From the NCBI RefSeq assembly GCF_039541115.1, contig NZ_BAABFP010000005.1, positions 744,001 through 808,000 of the forward strand: DNA of 64,000 bases. Reading direction: 5' to 3'. This document shows, in pieces, positions 1 through 9,677 of this stretch. Each line of letters opens with the position of its first letter. Positions within the stretch are counted from its first letter, which is position 1. Both the position numbers and the translations under genes were made by a program. Origin of the DNA: Angustibacter luteus. Its GTDB lineage: Bacteria; Actinomycetota; Actinomycetes; Actinomycetales; Angustibacteraceae. Below the pieces are notes generated by a model, which searched no databases, had not been told where the DNA came from, and saw only the letters and a program-made list of their open reading frames with translations.

Positions 1-7
1 CCGGGCT

Positions 8-961
8 TCAGCTGACCCGCTCCACCACGTGGCCACGCGCGGCCTGACGGGCGAGGTAGGTGTCGCGCTTGTCCTCGAACCGCGCGGCGGCGGCCTCGAG
101 CTGGTCGAGCAGGTCCGCGAGCTCGGTGCGCGCCTGCTCACCCTCGGCGCTCAGGCCCTCGCGGTCCCACACCTTCCAGGTGCGCAGGACGGGCGCGAGC
201 ACCTCGTCCTTGTGGATGCGCAGGTCGTAGATGCCGGCCATGGCGATCTGGATGGATCGGCGGCCGAAGTCCTCGATGGTGTGGCCGGGCATCTGGAAGG
301 TGGAGACCACGTCGCGCACCGCCTGGACGGTCTGGTCCGGTGCGATCTCGAAGGCCCCCGCCAGCAGGTTGCGGTAGAAGACCATGTGCAGGTTCTCGTC
401 CTGGGCGATGCGCGCCAGCATCTGCTCGCAGTACGGGTCCTGGGTGTACTTGCCGGTGTTGCGGTGCGAGATGCGGGTGGCCAGCTCCTGGAAGGAGACG
501 TAGGCGACCGAGCGCAGCATCTCGTCGTGGTCCTGCTCGAAGCCCTGGCCCATGTGGTTCATGCGCTCGCGCTCGAGCTGCTGCGGGTCGACGGCGCGGG
601 TGACCAGCAGGTAGTCGCGCAGGGCGATGCCGTGGCGACCCTCTTCCGCCGTCCAGCGGTCCACCCAGGTGCCCCAGGCGCCGTCCCGGCCGAAGGTGTC
701 CGAGATCTCGCGGTGGTAGCTCGGCAGGTTGTCCTCGGTGAGCAGGTTCACGATCAGCGCGGTGCGCGCCGTCGGGCTCATCTTGGATTGCTCCTGGGTC
801 CAGGGCTCGCCCTCGAAGATCCCGTCGTAGTTGCGGCCCTCGCTCCACGGCACGTACTCGTGCGGGAACCACTCCTTCGCGGCACCCATGTGCCGCTCGA
901 GCTCGCGCTCCACGACCGGCTCGAGCTCCTGGAGCAGCTGGAGCTGCGTGAGTTCCTTCAT
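8..961 (-). CDS. desA: Acyl-ACP desaturase (DesA1-like, ferritin-like di-iron)
   Basis: NLLTEDNLPSYH, WTAEEGRH, SFQELAT and DENLH di-iron motifs; start set at the ATG of MKELTQ. Confidence 0.9.
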   Translation of the reverse strand: MKELTQLQLLQELEPVVERELERHMGAAKEWFPHEYVPWSEGRNYDGIFEGEPWTQEQSKMSPTARTALIVNLLTEDNLPSYHREISDTFGRDGAWGTWVDRWTAEEGRHGIALRDYLLVTRAVDPQQLERERMNHMGQGFEQDHDEMLRSVAYVSFQELATRISHRNTGKYTQDPYCEQMLARIAQDENLHMVFYRNLLAGAFEIAPDQTVQAVRDVVSTFQMPGHTIEDFGRRSIQIAMAGIYDLRIHKDEVLAPVLRTWKVWDREGLSAEGEQARTELADLLDQLEAAAARFEDKRDTYLARQAARGHVVERVS

Positions 962-972
962 GGGGCACCACC

Positions 973-1029
973 CTACGTTGGCGTAACCTACGCTTCCGTA
1001 GGTTAGTGTGCCCGCTACCCGGGCGTAGG
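973..1029. promoter_or_regulatory. Palindromic operator array (CTACG-N4-CGTAG) between the desaturase and ABC-F genes
   Basis: Perfect TAACCTACG-cttc-CGTAGGTTA at 984-1005; imperfect copies CTACGttggCGTAA (~973-986) and CTACCcgggCGTAG (~1015-1028). Confidence 0.65.
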
Positions 1030-1110
1030 TCCAGCCCAACGTACTGCGACGCGCCGCTCGCAGGGGGAATTCACAGGACTCTCACGTGCCGGCTCGGTAG
1101 CGTCGCCCCC

Positions 1111-2775
1111 ATGAGCGCCACGATCGTCGCCCGCGACCTCGCCGCCGGGCACGGTGCCCGAGCGCTGTTCAGCGGCCTGGACCTCGTGGTCGCTCCCGGC
1201 GACGTCGTCGGCCTCGTCGGTGCGAACGGCGCGGGCAAGTCCACGCTGCTCCGGCTCCTGTCCGGCATCGACAAGCCTGAGGACGGCCAGCTCTCGATCA
1301 GCCCGCCCGGCGCCCTGCCGGGCTACCTCCCCCAGGAGCTGGACCGACGTCCGGGCGAGTCCGTCCGCGACCTCGTGCACCGCCGCACCGGCGTCGCGGA
1401 CGCCCAGCACCGCCTGCACGTCGCCACGCAGGCGCTCACCGAAGGGCTCGCCGGCGCGGACGACGAGTACGCCGAGGCACTCGAGGTCTGGTTGCACCTC
1501 GGCGGAGCCGACCTGGACGAGCGGGCCGAGCAGGTGGTGTCGGAGATCGGCCTCGGGGTCGGCCTGGACGCGCCGACGGCGAGCCTGTCCGGCGGCGAGG
1601 CCGCCCGGGCCGGGCTGGCGTGCCTCCTGCTGTCCCGGTACGACGCGTACCTGCTGGACGAGCCGACCAACGACCTCGACCTGGCCGGCCTGGCTCAGCT
1701 CGAGCAGTTCGTCCGCTCGGTGCGCGCGCCCGTCGTCGTGGTCAGCCACGACCGCGAGTTCCTGTCCCGCACCGTGAACCAGGTGGTCGAGCTGGACCTG
1801 GCGCAACAGCAGGTCGGCGTCTACGGCGGCAGCTACGACGACTACCTGCGCGAGCGCGAGATCGCCCGGCATCACGCGCGCGAGGCCTTCGAGCAGTTCG
1901 ACCAGACCCGCGGCCGGCTCGCCGACCGGGCGCGGATGCAGCGGGCCTGGGCCGACAAGGGCACCCGGAACGCGCTGCGCAAGGCGACCGACGGCGACAA
2001 GAACGTCATCCACCACAACCGCGAGACCGCGCAGAAGCAGGCCGCGAAGGCCAAGCAGACGGACCGGTTGATCGAACGGCTGGACGTCGTCGAGGAGCCG
2101 CGCAAGGAGTGGGCGCTCCAGCTGGACATCGCGGCGGCCGGGCGATCGGGCTCGGTGGTCGCGACCGCGCGCGGCGCCGTCGTCCGCCGCGGCGGCTTCA
2201 CGCTCGGGCCACTCGACCTGCAGCTGGACTGGGCGGACCGGGTCGTGGTCACCGGGCCCAACGGGTCGGGCAAGTCCACGCTGCTGGCCCTGCTGCTGGG
2301 CCGCCTCATCCCGGACGAGGGAAGCGCGGGCCTGGGCTCTGGCGTCCTGGTCGGCGAGGTCGACCAGGCGAGGGCGGCCTTCGACGGGCCGGACCTGCTG
2401 CTGCACCGGTTCGCGGCGCACGTCCCGGACTGGCCGACCGCCGAGGTCCGCACCCTGCTGGCCAAGTTCGGTCTCGGCTCCGAGCACGTCCTCCGCGCCT
2501 GCGAGACCCTGTCCCCCGGTGAGCGCACCCGGGCCGCGCTGGCCCTCCTGCAGGCACGCGGAGTGAACCTGCTCGTCCTCGACGAACCCACCAACCACCT
2601 CGACCTGCCCGCGATCGAGCAGCTGGAGCAGGCGCTGGACACCTTCGGCGGGACCGTGCTGCTGGTCACCCACGACCGGCGCATGCTGTCGACCGTGCGC
2701 TCCACCCGGCACTGGGCGTTGGACGGCGGGAGGTTCAGCGAGCAGCCGGCGGGGGCGAATCAGCCGAGGCCGTGA
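1111..2775 (+). CDS. ABC-F family ATP-binding protein
   Basis: Two ABC domains (GANGAGKST/LSGGE/LLDEPTN and GPNGSGKST/LSPGE/LDEPTNHLD), helical linker, no TM segments; TAGCGT 7 nt before ATG. Confidence 0.9.
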   Translation: MSATIVARDLAAGHGARALFSGLDLVVAPGDVVGLVGANGAGKSTLLRLLSGIDKPEDGQLSISPPGALPGYLPQELDRRPGESVRDLVHRRTGVADAQHRLHVATQALTEGLAGADDEYAEALEVWLHLGGADLDERAEQVVSEIGLGVGLDAPTASLSGGEAARAGLACLLLSRYDAYLLDEPTNDLDLAGLAQLEQFVRSVRAPVVVVSHDREFLSRTVNQVVELDLAQQQVGVYGGSYDDYLREREIARHHAREAFEQFDQTRGRLADRARMQRAWADKGTRNALRKATDGDKNVIHHNRETAQKQAAKAKQTDRLIERLDVVEEPRKEWALQLDIAAAGRSGSVVATARGAVVRRGGFTLGPLDLQLDWADRVVVTGPNGSGKSTLLALLLGRLIPDEGSAGLGSGVLVGEVDQARAAFDGPDLLLHRFAAHVPDWPTAEVRTLLAKFGLGSEHVLRACETLSPGERTRAALALLQARGVNLLVLDEPTNHLDLPAIEQLEQALDTFGGTVLLVTHDRRMLSTVRSTRHWALDGGRFSEQPAGANQPRP

Positions 2776-4096
2776 CGAGCGAGCCGAGCGCGCGGATCAG
2801 TGCCGCGTCCTGCTCCGGCTGAACGGATCGCAGGTCGAGCAGGAGTGCGCCGCGCTCGACCCGGCCCACCACGGACGGCGTCCCCTCGCGCAGCGGCCGG
2901 GCCCACCGCGACGGAAGCTGCACGGCCCAGCTCGGCAGTGGTTGCTCCGGCGCGCCGCCGGCCCCGACCGCCCCGGCGGACGGCACCACCACGGGCACCA
3001 CCGCCGGCTCACACCCGCTGTCCCGCACCGACTGCGCGATGCGTTCGGCCCGAGCTCGCAGCTCGTCAGCGTCGACCTCCAATGCCCGGACGACGGGAGC
3101 CACCGGCCCGCGCAGCGTCGCCTCCAGGGCGGCCAGGGTCAGCTTGTCGACCCGCAGCGCTCGGGCCAGCGGATGCCGGCGGAGCCGCTCGACGAGCTCG
3201 GCGCCGCCCAGCATCAGCCCGGCCTGCGGGCCGCCGAGCAGCTTGTCACCGCTGCCGGTGACCAGGTCCGCGCCGGCGCGCAGCGCGGTCGCGGCATCGG
3301 GCTCGTCCGGCAGCAGCGGGTGCCGGCGCAGCAACCCCGACCCGAGGTCGGCCACCAGCGGCACCCCCCGCTCGCGCAGCACCGGCGCGAGGTCCGCGAC
3401 CGGCACGCTGGCGGTGAAGCCACGCACCACGAAGTTCGACGGATGGACCTTCAGCACCAGGCCGGTGTCGGCGCCGACGGCGTCCACGTAGTCCGCCAGC
3501 GCGGTGCGGTTCGTCGTGCCGACCTCACGCAGTCGCGCGCCCGTCGACGCGAGCAGGTCGGGCAGCCGGAACCCGTCGCCAATCTCGACCATCTCGCCCC
3601 GCGAGACGACGATCTCGCGCCCCGCGGCCAGCACCGTCGCGGCCAGCACCAAGGCAGCGGCCCCGTTGTTGACCACGTGCACCCCGCCGGCCTCCGGAAC
3701 CGCCTGCGCCAGTGCGGCCAGCGCGCCGCGTCCCCGGCGGGCCCGGGTGCCGGTAGCCCGGTCGAACTCGACGTCCGTCGTCCCGGACGCCGCCACCACC
3801 GACGCCACGGCCGCGTCGGACAGCGCCGCCCGACCGAGGTTGGTGTGCAGCAGCACGCCCGTGGCGTTGATCACCGGCACCATGCCGGAGGCGTTGTGCG
3901 GCAACGCCTCCAGCACAGCCGGCACGACCTGTCCGGCGGGCAGCTCGGCACCGCGGACCCGGCCCAGCGCGGCGACCACCAGCTCCTTGACGATCCGCGG
4001 GCCGAGCTCGGCCACCGCCGCCTCGAGCCTGGGGTCCGCGAGCACAGCATCGGTGCGCGGGACGGAGCGGCGCGGATCCGTTGCGGCGGTGGACAT
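2735..4096 (-). CDS. selA: L-seryl-tRNA(Sec) selenium transferase
   Basis: VINATGVLLHTNLGRA, VSRGEMVEIGDGFRLPD, EVGTTNRT, LKVHPSNF, SGDKLLGGPQAG (PLP lysine). Confidence 0.95.
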   Translation of the reverse strand: MSTAATDPRRSVPRTDAVLADPRLEAAVAELGPRIVKELVVAALGRVRGAELPAGQVVPAVLEALPHNASGMVPVINATGVLLHTNLGRAALSDAAVASVVAASGTTDVEFDRATGTRARRGRGALAALAQAVPEAGGVHVVNNGAAALVLAATVLAAGREIVVSRGEMVEIGDGFRLPDLLASTGARLREVGTTNRTALADYVDAVGADTGLVLKVHPSNFVVRGFTASVPVADLAPVLRERGVPLVADLGSGLLRRHPLLPDEPDAATALRAGADLVTGSGDKLLGGPQAGLMLGGAELVERLRRHPLARALRVDKLTLAALEATLRGPVAPVVRALEVDADELRARAERIAQSVRDSGCEPAVVPVVVPSAGAVGAGGAPEQPLPSWAVQLPSRWARPLREGTPSVVGRVERGALLLDLRSVQPEQDAALIRALGSLVTASADSPPPAAR

Positions 4097-4105
4097 CCCG
4101 GCAGC

Positions 4106-4879
4106 CTACGAGGTCCGGTGCACCTTGTGCGGCGCCGCCTGGGCCAGCGGCTTGACGACCAGCAGGTCGATGTTCACGTGGGCGGGCCGGGTCACCACGA
4201 ACGCGATGGTGTCGGCGATGTCGTCCGCCGTCAACGGGTTCGCGACGCCCGCGTAGACGGCGTCCGCCTTGGCCTGGTCGCCACCGAAGCGCACCAGCGA
4301 GAACTCGTCCGTGGCGACCATGCCGGGCGCCACCTCGCTGACCCGGACGGGCCGGCCGTTGAGCTCGAGCCGCAGCGTCTGGGCCAGGGCGGCCTCAGCG
4401 TGCTTGGCGGCCGTGTAGCCGCCGCCGTTCTCGTAGACCAGATGGCCGGCGATGGACCCGGTGACGACCACGTGGCCGCCCGCCCCGGCCTCGAGCGCCG
4501 GGAGCAGCGCCTTCACCATGCGCACGGACCCGAGCACGTTCACGTCGTACATCCGTCGCCAGTCCTCCACGTCCGAGGTCGCGACCTCGTCCATCCCGAA
4601 CGCGCCACCCGCGTTGTTCACCAGAACAGCCACGTCCGGCAGGTCCGCGGCCAGCGCTGCCACCGACGCGTCGTCCGTGACGTCCAGGGTGACGGCCCGG
4701 ACGTGCTCGACCTCGCCGGCCAACGCGTCCAGGCGGTCCCGTCGGCGGGCCGCGGCGACGACGTCGTACCCTTCGGCCGCCAGTCGTCGGGCCGTGGCGG
4801 CACCGATCCCGCTGCTGGCTCCCGTGACGACTGCGACGGGTCGTGGGTGGGCAGACGTCGGCCCGGCCTCAGGGGTCAT
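4106..4879 (-). CDS. SDR family oxidoreductase (YdfG-like)
   Basis: TGASSGIG, NNAG, YTAAK, RPAHVNI. Confidence 0.85.
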   Translation of the reverse strand: MTPEAGPTSAHPRPVAVVTGASSGIGAATARRLAAEGYDVVAAARRRDRLDALAGEVEHVRAVTLDVTDDASVAALAADLPDVAVLVNNAGGAFGMDEVATSDVEDWRRMYDVNVLGSVRMVKALLPALEAGAGGHVVVTGSIAGHLVYENGGGYTAAKHAEAALAQTLRLELNGRPVRVSEVAPGMVATDEFSLVRFGGDQAKADAVYAGVANPLTADDIADTIAFVVTRPAHVNIDLLVVKPLAQAAPHKVHRTS

Positions 4880-4912
4880 GAGGGAACCCTACGGCCGGGC
4901 CGACGCGGACGC

Positions 4913-5188
4913 TCAGGTCGCCGGTGCGGCCAGGAAGAACGACACCTGGCCGTCGTTCACGTTGGCGTCGAGGGTCTGCTCGTCGAGCAGCGCCGAGGCC
5001 TGCTGCTCCAGGTACACCTGCACGCCGTCGGCGTCGATGACGTCGTCACCGGGGACTCCGCCGTCCACGACGCTCAGCTCGAGTCCGTTCTCGCCCGGGG
5101 CGAGCCGAAGGCCGGCGTGCTCGGGCGCCTCGGGGGTCTGGGTGAGGCCGCGCACGACGTCCACTGCCTGATCGGTCAAGGTGAGCAC
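4913..5188 (-). CDS. HesB/IscA-like protein (cysteine-less actinobacterial type)
   Basis: MLTLTDQA...GLRL...GDDVI...VYLE...LLDEQTLDA pattern; GGAG RBS before GTG. Confidence 0.7.
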   Translation of the reverse strand: MLTLTDQAVDVVRGLTQTPEAPEHAGLRLAPGENGLELSVVDGGVPGDDVIDADGVQVYLEQQASALLDEQTLDANVNDGQVSFFLAAPAT

Positions 5189-5345
5189 GTTCGCTCCTGT
5201 CGATCGGGATCATTCGGTCACGTCCACCTTGCCCACGAAGGGGCGCCGCGAGTCAAACCGACCTGCCCCGGCCCTGCTCAGTCCCGGGCGTGTCGCGCGG
5301 CGCCGCGTGGTTGACTCAACCTCCTCGGGAGAACGGAGGCCTGGC

Positions 5346-7364
5346 GTGTCCAGGATCTTCGCGAGCCTGATCCAGGGGGACTTCAGTGGCGGCGACCACC
5401 GCAACTTCGAAGCCGTGATCTGGACCGGTGACCAGCTGCAGCACTGGTTCCGGGACAACAGCGAGGGCCATGAGTGGCGGCCCGGCCAGGTAGTCGTGCC
5501 GGCTGGCGCGGCCGGGGCCGGTTGCCTGATCCAGTCCGACTTCGCCGACGGCGACCACGGCAACTTCGAGGTCGTCGTGCCGATGACCAACGGCAACGGA
5601 GGGCTCGAGCTCGTCCACTGGTTCCACGTCAACACCGACGTCACCCTCCCCTGGCAACGCGCCGGCACCATCGCCACCAACGTCGCCGGACCCGGCTGCC
5701 TCATCCAGTCCGACTTCGCCGACGGCGACCACGGCAACTTCGAAGTCGTCGTCCCCGTCAACAACGGCAACGGAGGGCTCGACCTCGTCCACTTCTTCCA
5801 CGACAACACCGACGTCACCCTCCCCTGGCAACGCGCCGGCACCATCGCCACCAACGTCGCCGGACCCGGCTGCCTCATCCAGTCCGACTTCGCCGACGGC
5901 GACCACGGCAACTTCGAAGTCGTCGTGCCGGTGCCCTGGGGCGACGGGCAGCAGCTCCGGCACTTCTTCCACGACAACACCGACGTCACCCTGCCCTGGC
6001 AACGCGGCCAGTTCGTCACCGACTCCGCGAACGGCTGGGCGAGCCTGATCAGCAGCGACTACGGCGAGGACCACCGCAACTTCGAGCTCATCGTGGAGGA
6101 GCGCGCGCAGAGCGTCATCGGCTACTTCCACCCCAACGAGGACGTCGGCGCGCCCTGGCTGCGCAACGGCGTGGTGCGGTGGGAGGAGTACCCCGTGAGC
6201 ATCACGAGCACCCGCCGGATCTGCCAGCTGACCGGCGAGCACGACCGGACCGGCTGGGACGGCGAGGGCGACCCGCCGTTCGCCCACAACCGCACCGAGT
6301 CTGCCTACCGGGTCCGGGGCACCGACCTCGGCGTCTCGTTCCCGCACCGCGGCCGCACGTACTTCCTGTTCGGCGACACGCTGCGCAACAACCAGCCCGC
6401 GGACTGGGACAACCTCGACCTCGTGGCGTATACCCAGGACACCACCCCCGAGGACGGCCTCGACCTCGCCTTCTTCTGGGAGCCACCGCGGATCAGCGAC
6501 GGCATCAGCCAGCGTGGTTTCGAGGTCCCGCTGGACGCGGTCAGTGCCGGCGACCACCTGTACGCGTTCTTCTCGACCGACCACCGCAGCTACGGCGGCA
6601 GTGAGCTCATGGGCCGCTCGGTGATCACCCGGTGTGACGACGACGGTTTCGCGTTCCGCCTGGTCCGTGAGCTGTCCCGGCACAAGCTCGTCAACGTGTC
6701 CGTCCAGCGCGGCCCGCTGGACGCGCGCGCCGCGGACGGCGTGGGGCTCCCCGCGGGCACCGACGTCCTGTGGATCTGGGGCAGCGGGCGCTACCGGTCG
6801 AGTGACGTCTACCTCGCCGTCGTGCCGTTCGCCCAGCTCGAACCCGGCCCGTTCGACGTGCGCTACTTCGCAGGGACCCGCACGTCCCCTCGCTGGAGCC
6901 GGTCCGAGGACGACGCCACGCCCCTGTTCCACGACGGCTCGGTGGGCGAGCTGTCGGTCCGCTGGCAGCCGGCCCTGCACCGCTACGTCGCGACCTACAA
7001 CTCGGACAACCTGCGCGGCATCCACCTGCGCAGCGCGCCCGCGCCGTGGGGGCCCTGGACGACGGCACCGGTCATGCTCTTCGATCCATGGGCACTGGAC
7101 GACGCGGCGGACCCGTGCTCAGGGCGCGGCCTGGGCCGCTTCATGCACCTTCCGTGGACGACCCGGGTGTGCGACCACGTCCAGGACGACATGTTCGGTC
7201 ACCGGCGCGACGACGAACCCGGCGGTGAGTACGGGCCGTACCAGATCGCCGACCTGACCCGGGCTCGCGGCGGCGGCGCCGACATCTACTTCACGCTGTC
7301 GTCCTGGAACCCGTACCAGGCGCACCTGATGACCGCGTTCATCGACCCGGCGGTGCTGGGCTGA
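5346..7364 (+). CDS. N-terminal ~58-aa repeat (putative beta-propeller) plus C-terminal DUF4185/GH183-like domain
   Basis: GGAGG RBS at 5335; five LIQSDF..GDH.NFE repeats; C-terminal GTDLG, YFLFGDT, GELSVRW, YGPY, YFTLSSWNPY motifs. Confidence 0.75.
   Translation: MSRIFASLIQGDFSGGDHRNFEAVIWTGDQLQHWFRDNSEGHEWRPGQVVVPAGAAGAGCLIQSDFADGDHGNFEVVVPMTNGNGGLELVHWFHVNTDVTLPWQRAGTIATNVAGPGCLIQSDFADGDHGNFEVVVPVNNGNGGLDLVHFFHDNTDVTLPWQRAGTIATNVAGPGCLIQSDFADGDHGNFEVVVPVPWGDGQQLRHFFHDNTDVTLPWQRGQFVTDSANGWASLISSDYGEDHRNFELIVEERAQSVIGYFHPNEDVGAPWLRNGVVRWEEYPVSITSTRRICQLTGEHDRTGWDGEGDPPFAHNRTESAYRVRGTDLGVSFPHRGRTYFLFGDTLRNNQPADWDNLDLVAYTQDTTPEDGLDLAFFWEPPRISDGISQRGFEVPLDAVSAGDHLYAFFSTDHRSYGGSELMGRSVITRCDDDGFAFRLVRELSRHKLVNVSVQRGPLDARAADGVGLPAGTDVLWIWGSGRYRSSDVYLAVVPFAQLEPGPFDVRYFAGTRTSPRWSRSEDDATPLFHDGSVGELSVRWQPALHRYVATYNSDNLRGIHLRSAPAPWGPWTTAPVMLFDPWALDDAADPCSGRGLGRFMHLPWTTRVCDHVQDDMFGHRRDDEPGGEYGPYQIADLTRARGGGADIYFTLSSWNPYQAHLMTAFIDPAVLG
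5523..6008 (+). repeat. Intragenic 174-bp tandem repeat (about 2.8 near-identical copies)
   Basis: TGCCT(G/C)ATCCAGTCCGACTTCGCCGACGGCGACCACGGCAACTTCGA starts at 5523, 5697 and 5871. Confidence 0.95.
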
Positions 7365-7385
7365 GGCCCCACGGCTCGTCGATGG

Positions 7386-7868
7386 TCAGGGCTCGTCGAT
7401 GACGTGCACGGCGGCCTCCTCGGCCGACGCGCCGGCACCGTCGATGCCGGCGTCGTAGCCGACCAGGTCCTTCTCGGTGTCCTCGCCGAAGCCCTGGTCG
7501 GGGTCGACCAGCCGGCCCGCCCGGCGGTCGCCGACCTCGTCGCCCCCGTCGAAGCCGTCGTCCAGGTCGTCCACGGCGTCCGGGTCGTCACGGTCCGGGG
7601 CGACGTCGGCGAGCGGGTCGTCGAACGCGGCGCTCGGGTCCGGCTCCTCCTGCGCGATCCGCTGGTCGAGGCTCTCCCCCTGGCGCGCCTCCTCGAACGT
7701 CGTCCCGAAGGACTCGACGCCCCGGGGCTTCTCGGGTGGGCTGTAGCCCTCGTCCAACGGGTCGACCAGCCCGCGATCGTCCAGGCCGTCCTCGGCGCCG
7801 GGCTGGTCCTCGTCGTCGACGCTGAACACGCCGCTGCTGTCGATCTCGCTGTCAGGCACGTCTGTCAT
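7386..7868 (-). CDS. DUF5709-like acidic protein
   Basis: DPLDEGYSPPEKP, GESLDQRIAQEEPD, RAGRLVDPDQG, GASAEEAAVH. Confidence 0.8.
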   Translation of the reverse strand: MTDVPDSEIDSSGVFSVDDEDQPGAEDGLDDRGLVDPLDEGYSPPEKPRGVESFGTTFEEARQGESLDQRIAQEEPDPSAAFDDPLADVAPDRDDPDAVDDLDDGFDGGDEVGDRRAGRLVDPDQGFGEDTEKDLVGYDAGIDGAGASAEEAAVHVIDEP

Positions 7869-9663
7869 GACCCGAGCCTGCCACCATCGCGCCCCCGGCG
7901 CGCAGGGACCGAAGCCCCTGGACGTCGCGGACGGTCAACCCCAGGGCGTCCAGGTGTTCCAGCAGCGGCACGGCGACCCGGCGCGAGGTCTGCCAGACGT
8001 CCCGGACCGCGCCCACCGCGAACCCGGGTTGCAGGGTGCCCAGCAGGTCCGCTGCCCGCTGCCGCGCCAGGGGTGTCAGCACGACCCCATGGCCGCAGTC
8101 CACGAGCTGGCCGGCCCGAACGGCTGCGGCGACCTCGCGGCGACCCAGCCCCAGGTCAGCCAGCCGTTCCGCCGACGCCGCCGGCACCGGCTCGCCGGCC
8201 CGGTCCAGCTCGGCGACCAGCGCCGTCACCGCCGAGCCCACGTCACCTGGCAGGCGCTGCGGGTCGTCGTCCTCGCGCCGCACCCGTCCACCGGCGATCG
8301 TCAGCGGTGGCCGGACCAGCTGGGGCAGCACCTGCACCGACGGCAGGTGCAGCTGCGCGCGCGCCACCTCCAGCGGCAGACCGCGGTCCAGGGGGTGCTG
8401 GTCGTCGTGCCGGCCGACCAGGGCGCTCAGCCGCTCGCCGAGCTCGACGCCGTACCCGTCGTGCACCAGCCACTCCCCCGGCTCACCGAACTCCCCGACC
8501 TGCCGCGCCGGCAGTCCCATCGCCACCAGGTGCGTTCGCGAGACCACCCGCCGCCGAGCGAGCTCTTGCGCGACGTCCGGCGCCCCGGTGACCGCGGTCA
8601 GGTCCGCGGCCCGGGCGCGCGCCGCCCCGCGACGGCTCAGCGCCGGCGGATCGACGTCCAGGACCGTGACGCCGCTGAGGACCAGCCCGCGCCCGGGGTC
8701 TCGCAGCAGCCCGACGTCGCCCTGGTGCAGCGGCAGGGCGCGCTCGAGCCTCAGTCGCCACAGGTCGCCGGCCAGGGGGCGCACGTGGGCGGTCACCTGC
8801 GCCGATCCCAGGTGGAGCACGGCAGTGGTCGGCGCCCGCTCCGCCATCGTGGGGCACCGGACGTCGATGGTGTCGGTGCGCCAGAACGCTTCCGGCACGG
8901 TCAAGGCGTCACCCCGGCGCACCTGGTCGCGGGTGATCCCGCGCAGGTTCACGGCGACCCGGGCGGCGGCCTCGACCGACGCGTGCGACTGCTCGAGGCT
9001 CTGCAACCCGCGGACGGTCGCCGTGGTGCCGTCCCCCAGCGCGAGCCGGTCACCCTTGCGCAGCGTGCCGGCGCCGAGGGTGCCGGTGACCACCGTCCCG
9101 GCACCCTTGATCGAGAACGAACGGTCCACCCACAGACGCACCGGCGCGGTCCGGTCCGGCGGGGGCAGGCTGCGCACGAGAGCCAGCAACGCCGACCGGA
9201 CGTCGTCCAGCCCCTGCCCGGTCCGCGCACTCGCTGCCACGACCGTCGCCCCCGCCAACCCGGTGTGCTGCAACCGTTCCCGGACATCCGTGACGACCGG
9301 TGCGGGATCGGCGAGGTCGGCGCGCGACACCACCACGAGCCCGTGCCGAACGCCGAACGCCTCGATGGCCTCCACGTGCTCCTGGGTCTGCGGCATCCAC
9401 CCCGCGTCGGCCGCGACGACGAGGACGACGGCAGGCACCGGGCCGAGCCCGGCCAGCATCGTCGGGACGAACCGCTCGTGGCCGGGCACGTCGACGAACG
9501 CCAGCGTCTCGCCGTCCAGCGTCGTCCAGACGAAGCCGAGGTCCAGCGTGAGGCCGCGGCGCTGCTCCTCGGCGTACCGGTCGGGCTCCTGGCCGGTCAC
9601 GGCGCGGACCAGCGCGGACTTGCCGTGGTCGACGTGTCCTGCGGTGGCCAGCACGTGCATCAC
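7852..9663 (-). CDS. selB: Selenocysteine-specific elongation factor
   Basis: ATAGHVDHGKS, RRGLTLDLGF, DVPGHERF, WVDRSFSIKGAGTVVTGTL; C-terminal winged-helix TSRRVAVPLLEHLD. Confidence 0.95.
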   Translation of the reverse strand: MMHVLATAGHVDHGKSALVRAVTGQEPDRYAEEQRRGLTLDLGFVWTTLDGETLAFVDVPGHERFVPTMLAGLGPVPAVVLVVAADAGWMPQTQEHVEAIEAFGVRHGLVVVSRADLADPAPVVTDVRERLQHTGLAGATVVAASARTGQGLDDVRSALLALVRSLPPPDRTAPVRLWVDRSFSIKGAGTVVTGTLGAGTLRKGDRLALGDGTTATVRGLQSLEQSHASVEAAARVAVNLRGITRDQVRRGDALTVPEAFWRTDTIDVRCPTMAERAPTTAVLHLGSAQVTAHVRPLAGDLWRLRLERALPLHQGDVGLLRDPGRGLVLSGVTVLDVDPPALSRRGAARARAADLTAVTGAPDVAQELARRRVVSRTHLVAMGLPARQVGEFGEPGEWLVHDGYGVELGERLSALVGRHDDQHPLDRGLPLEVARAQLHLPSVQVLPQLVRPPLTIAGGRVRREDDDPQRLPGDVGSAVTALVAELDRAGEPVPAASAERLADLGLGRREVAAAVRAGQLVDCGHGVVLTPLARQRAADLLGTLQPGFAVGAVRDVWQTSRRVAVPLLEHLDALGLTVRDVQGLRSLRAGGAMVAGSGHDRRA

Positions 9664-9677
9664 CGCGCCAGCCTAGG

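Noticed and set aside
1111..2775. Antibiotic-resistance (ARE) ABC-F call
   Set aside because: The subfamily cannot be assigned by eye, and no leader peptide or attenuator is evident (the gene appears leaderless).
4913..5188. HesB-like selenoprotein within the sel locus
   Set aside because: No in-frame UGA and no Cys; the TGA lies at the normal C-terminus.
2942..5314. Long antisense or alternative-frame ORFs (e.g. 2942-5314, 16232-18382, 31562-34039, 56011-57903)
   Set aside because: Shadow ORFs typical of very high-GC DNA. They overlap well-supported genes and have no recognisable motifs.
5523..6008. Possible CRISPR array
   Set aside because: In-frame 174-bp coding repeats with no unique spacers and no cas genes.
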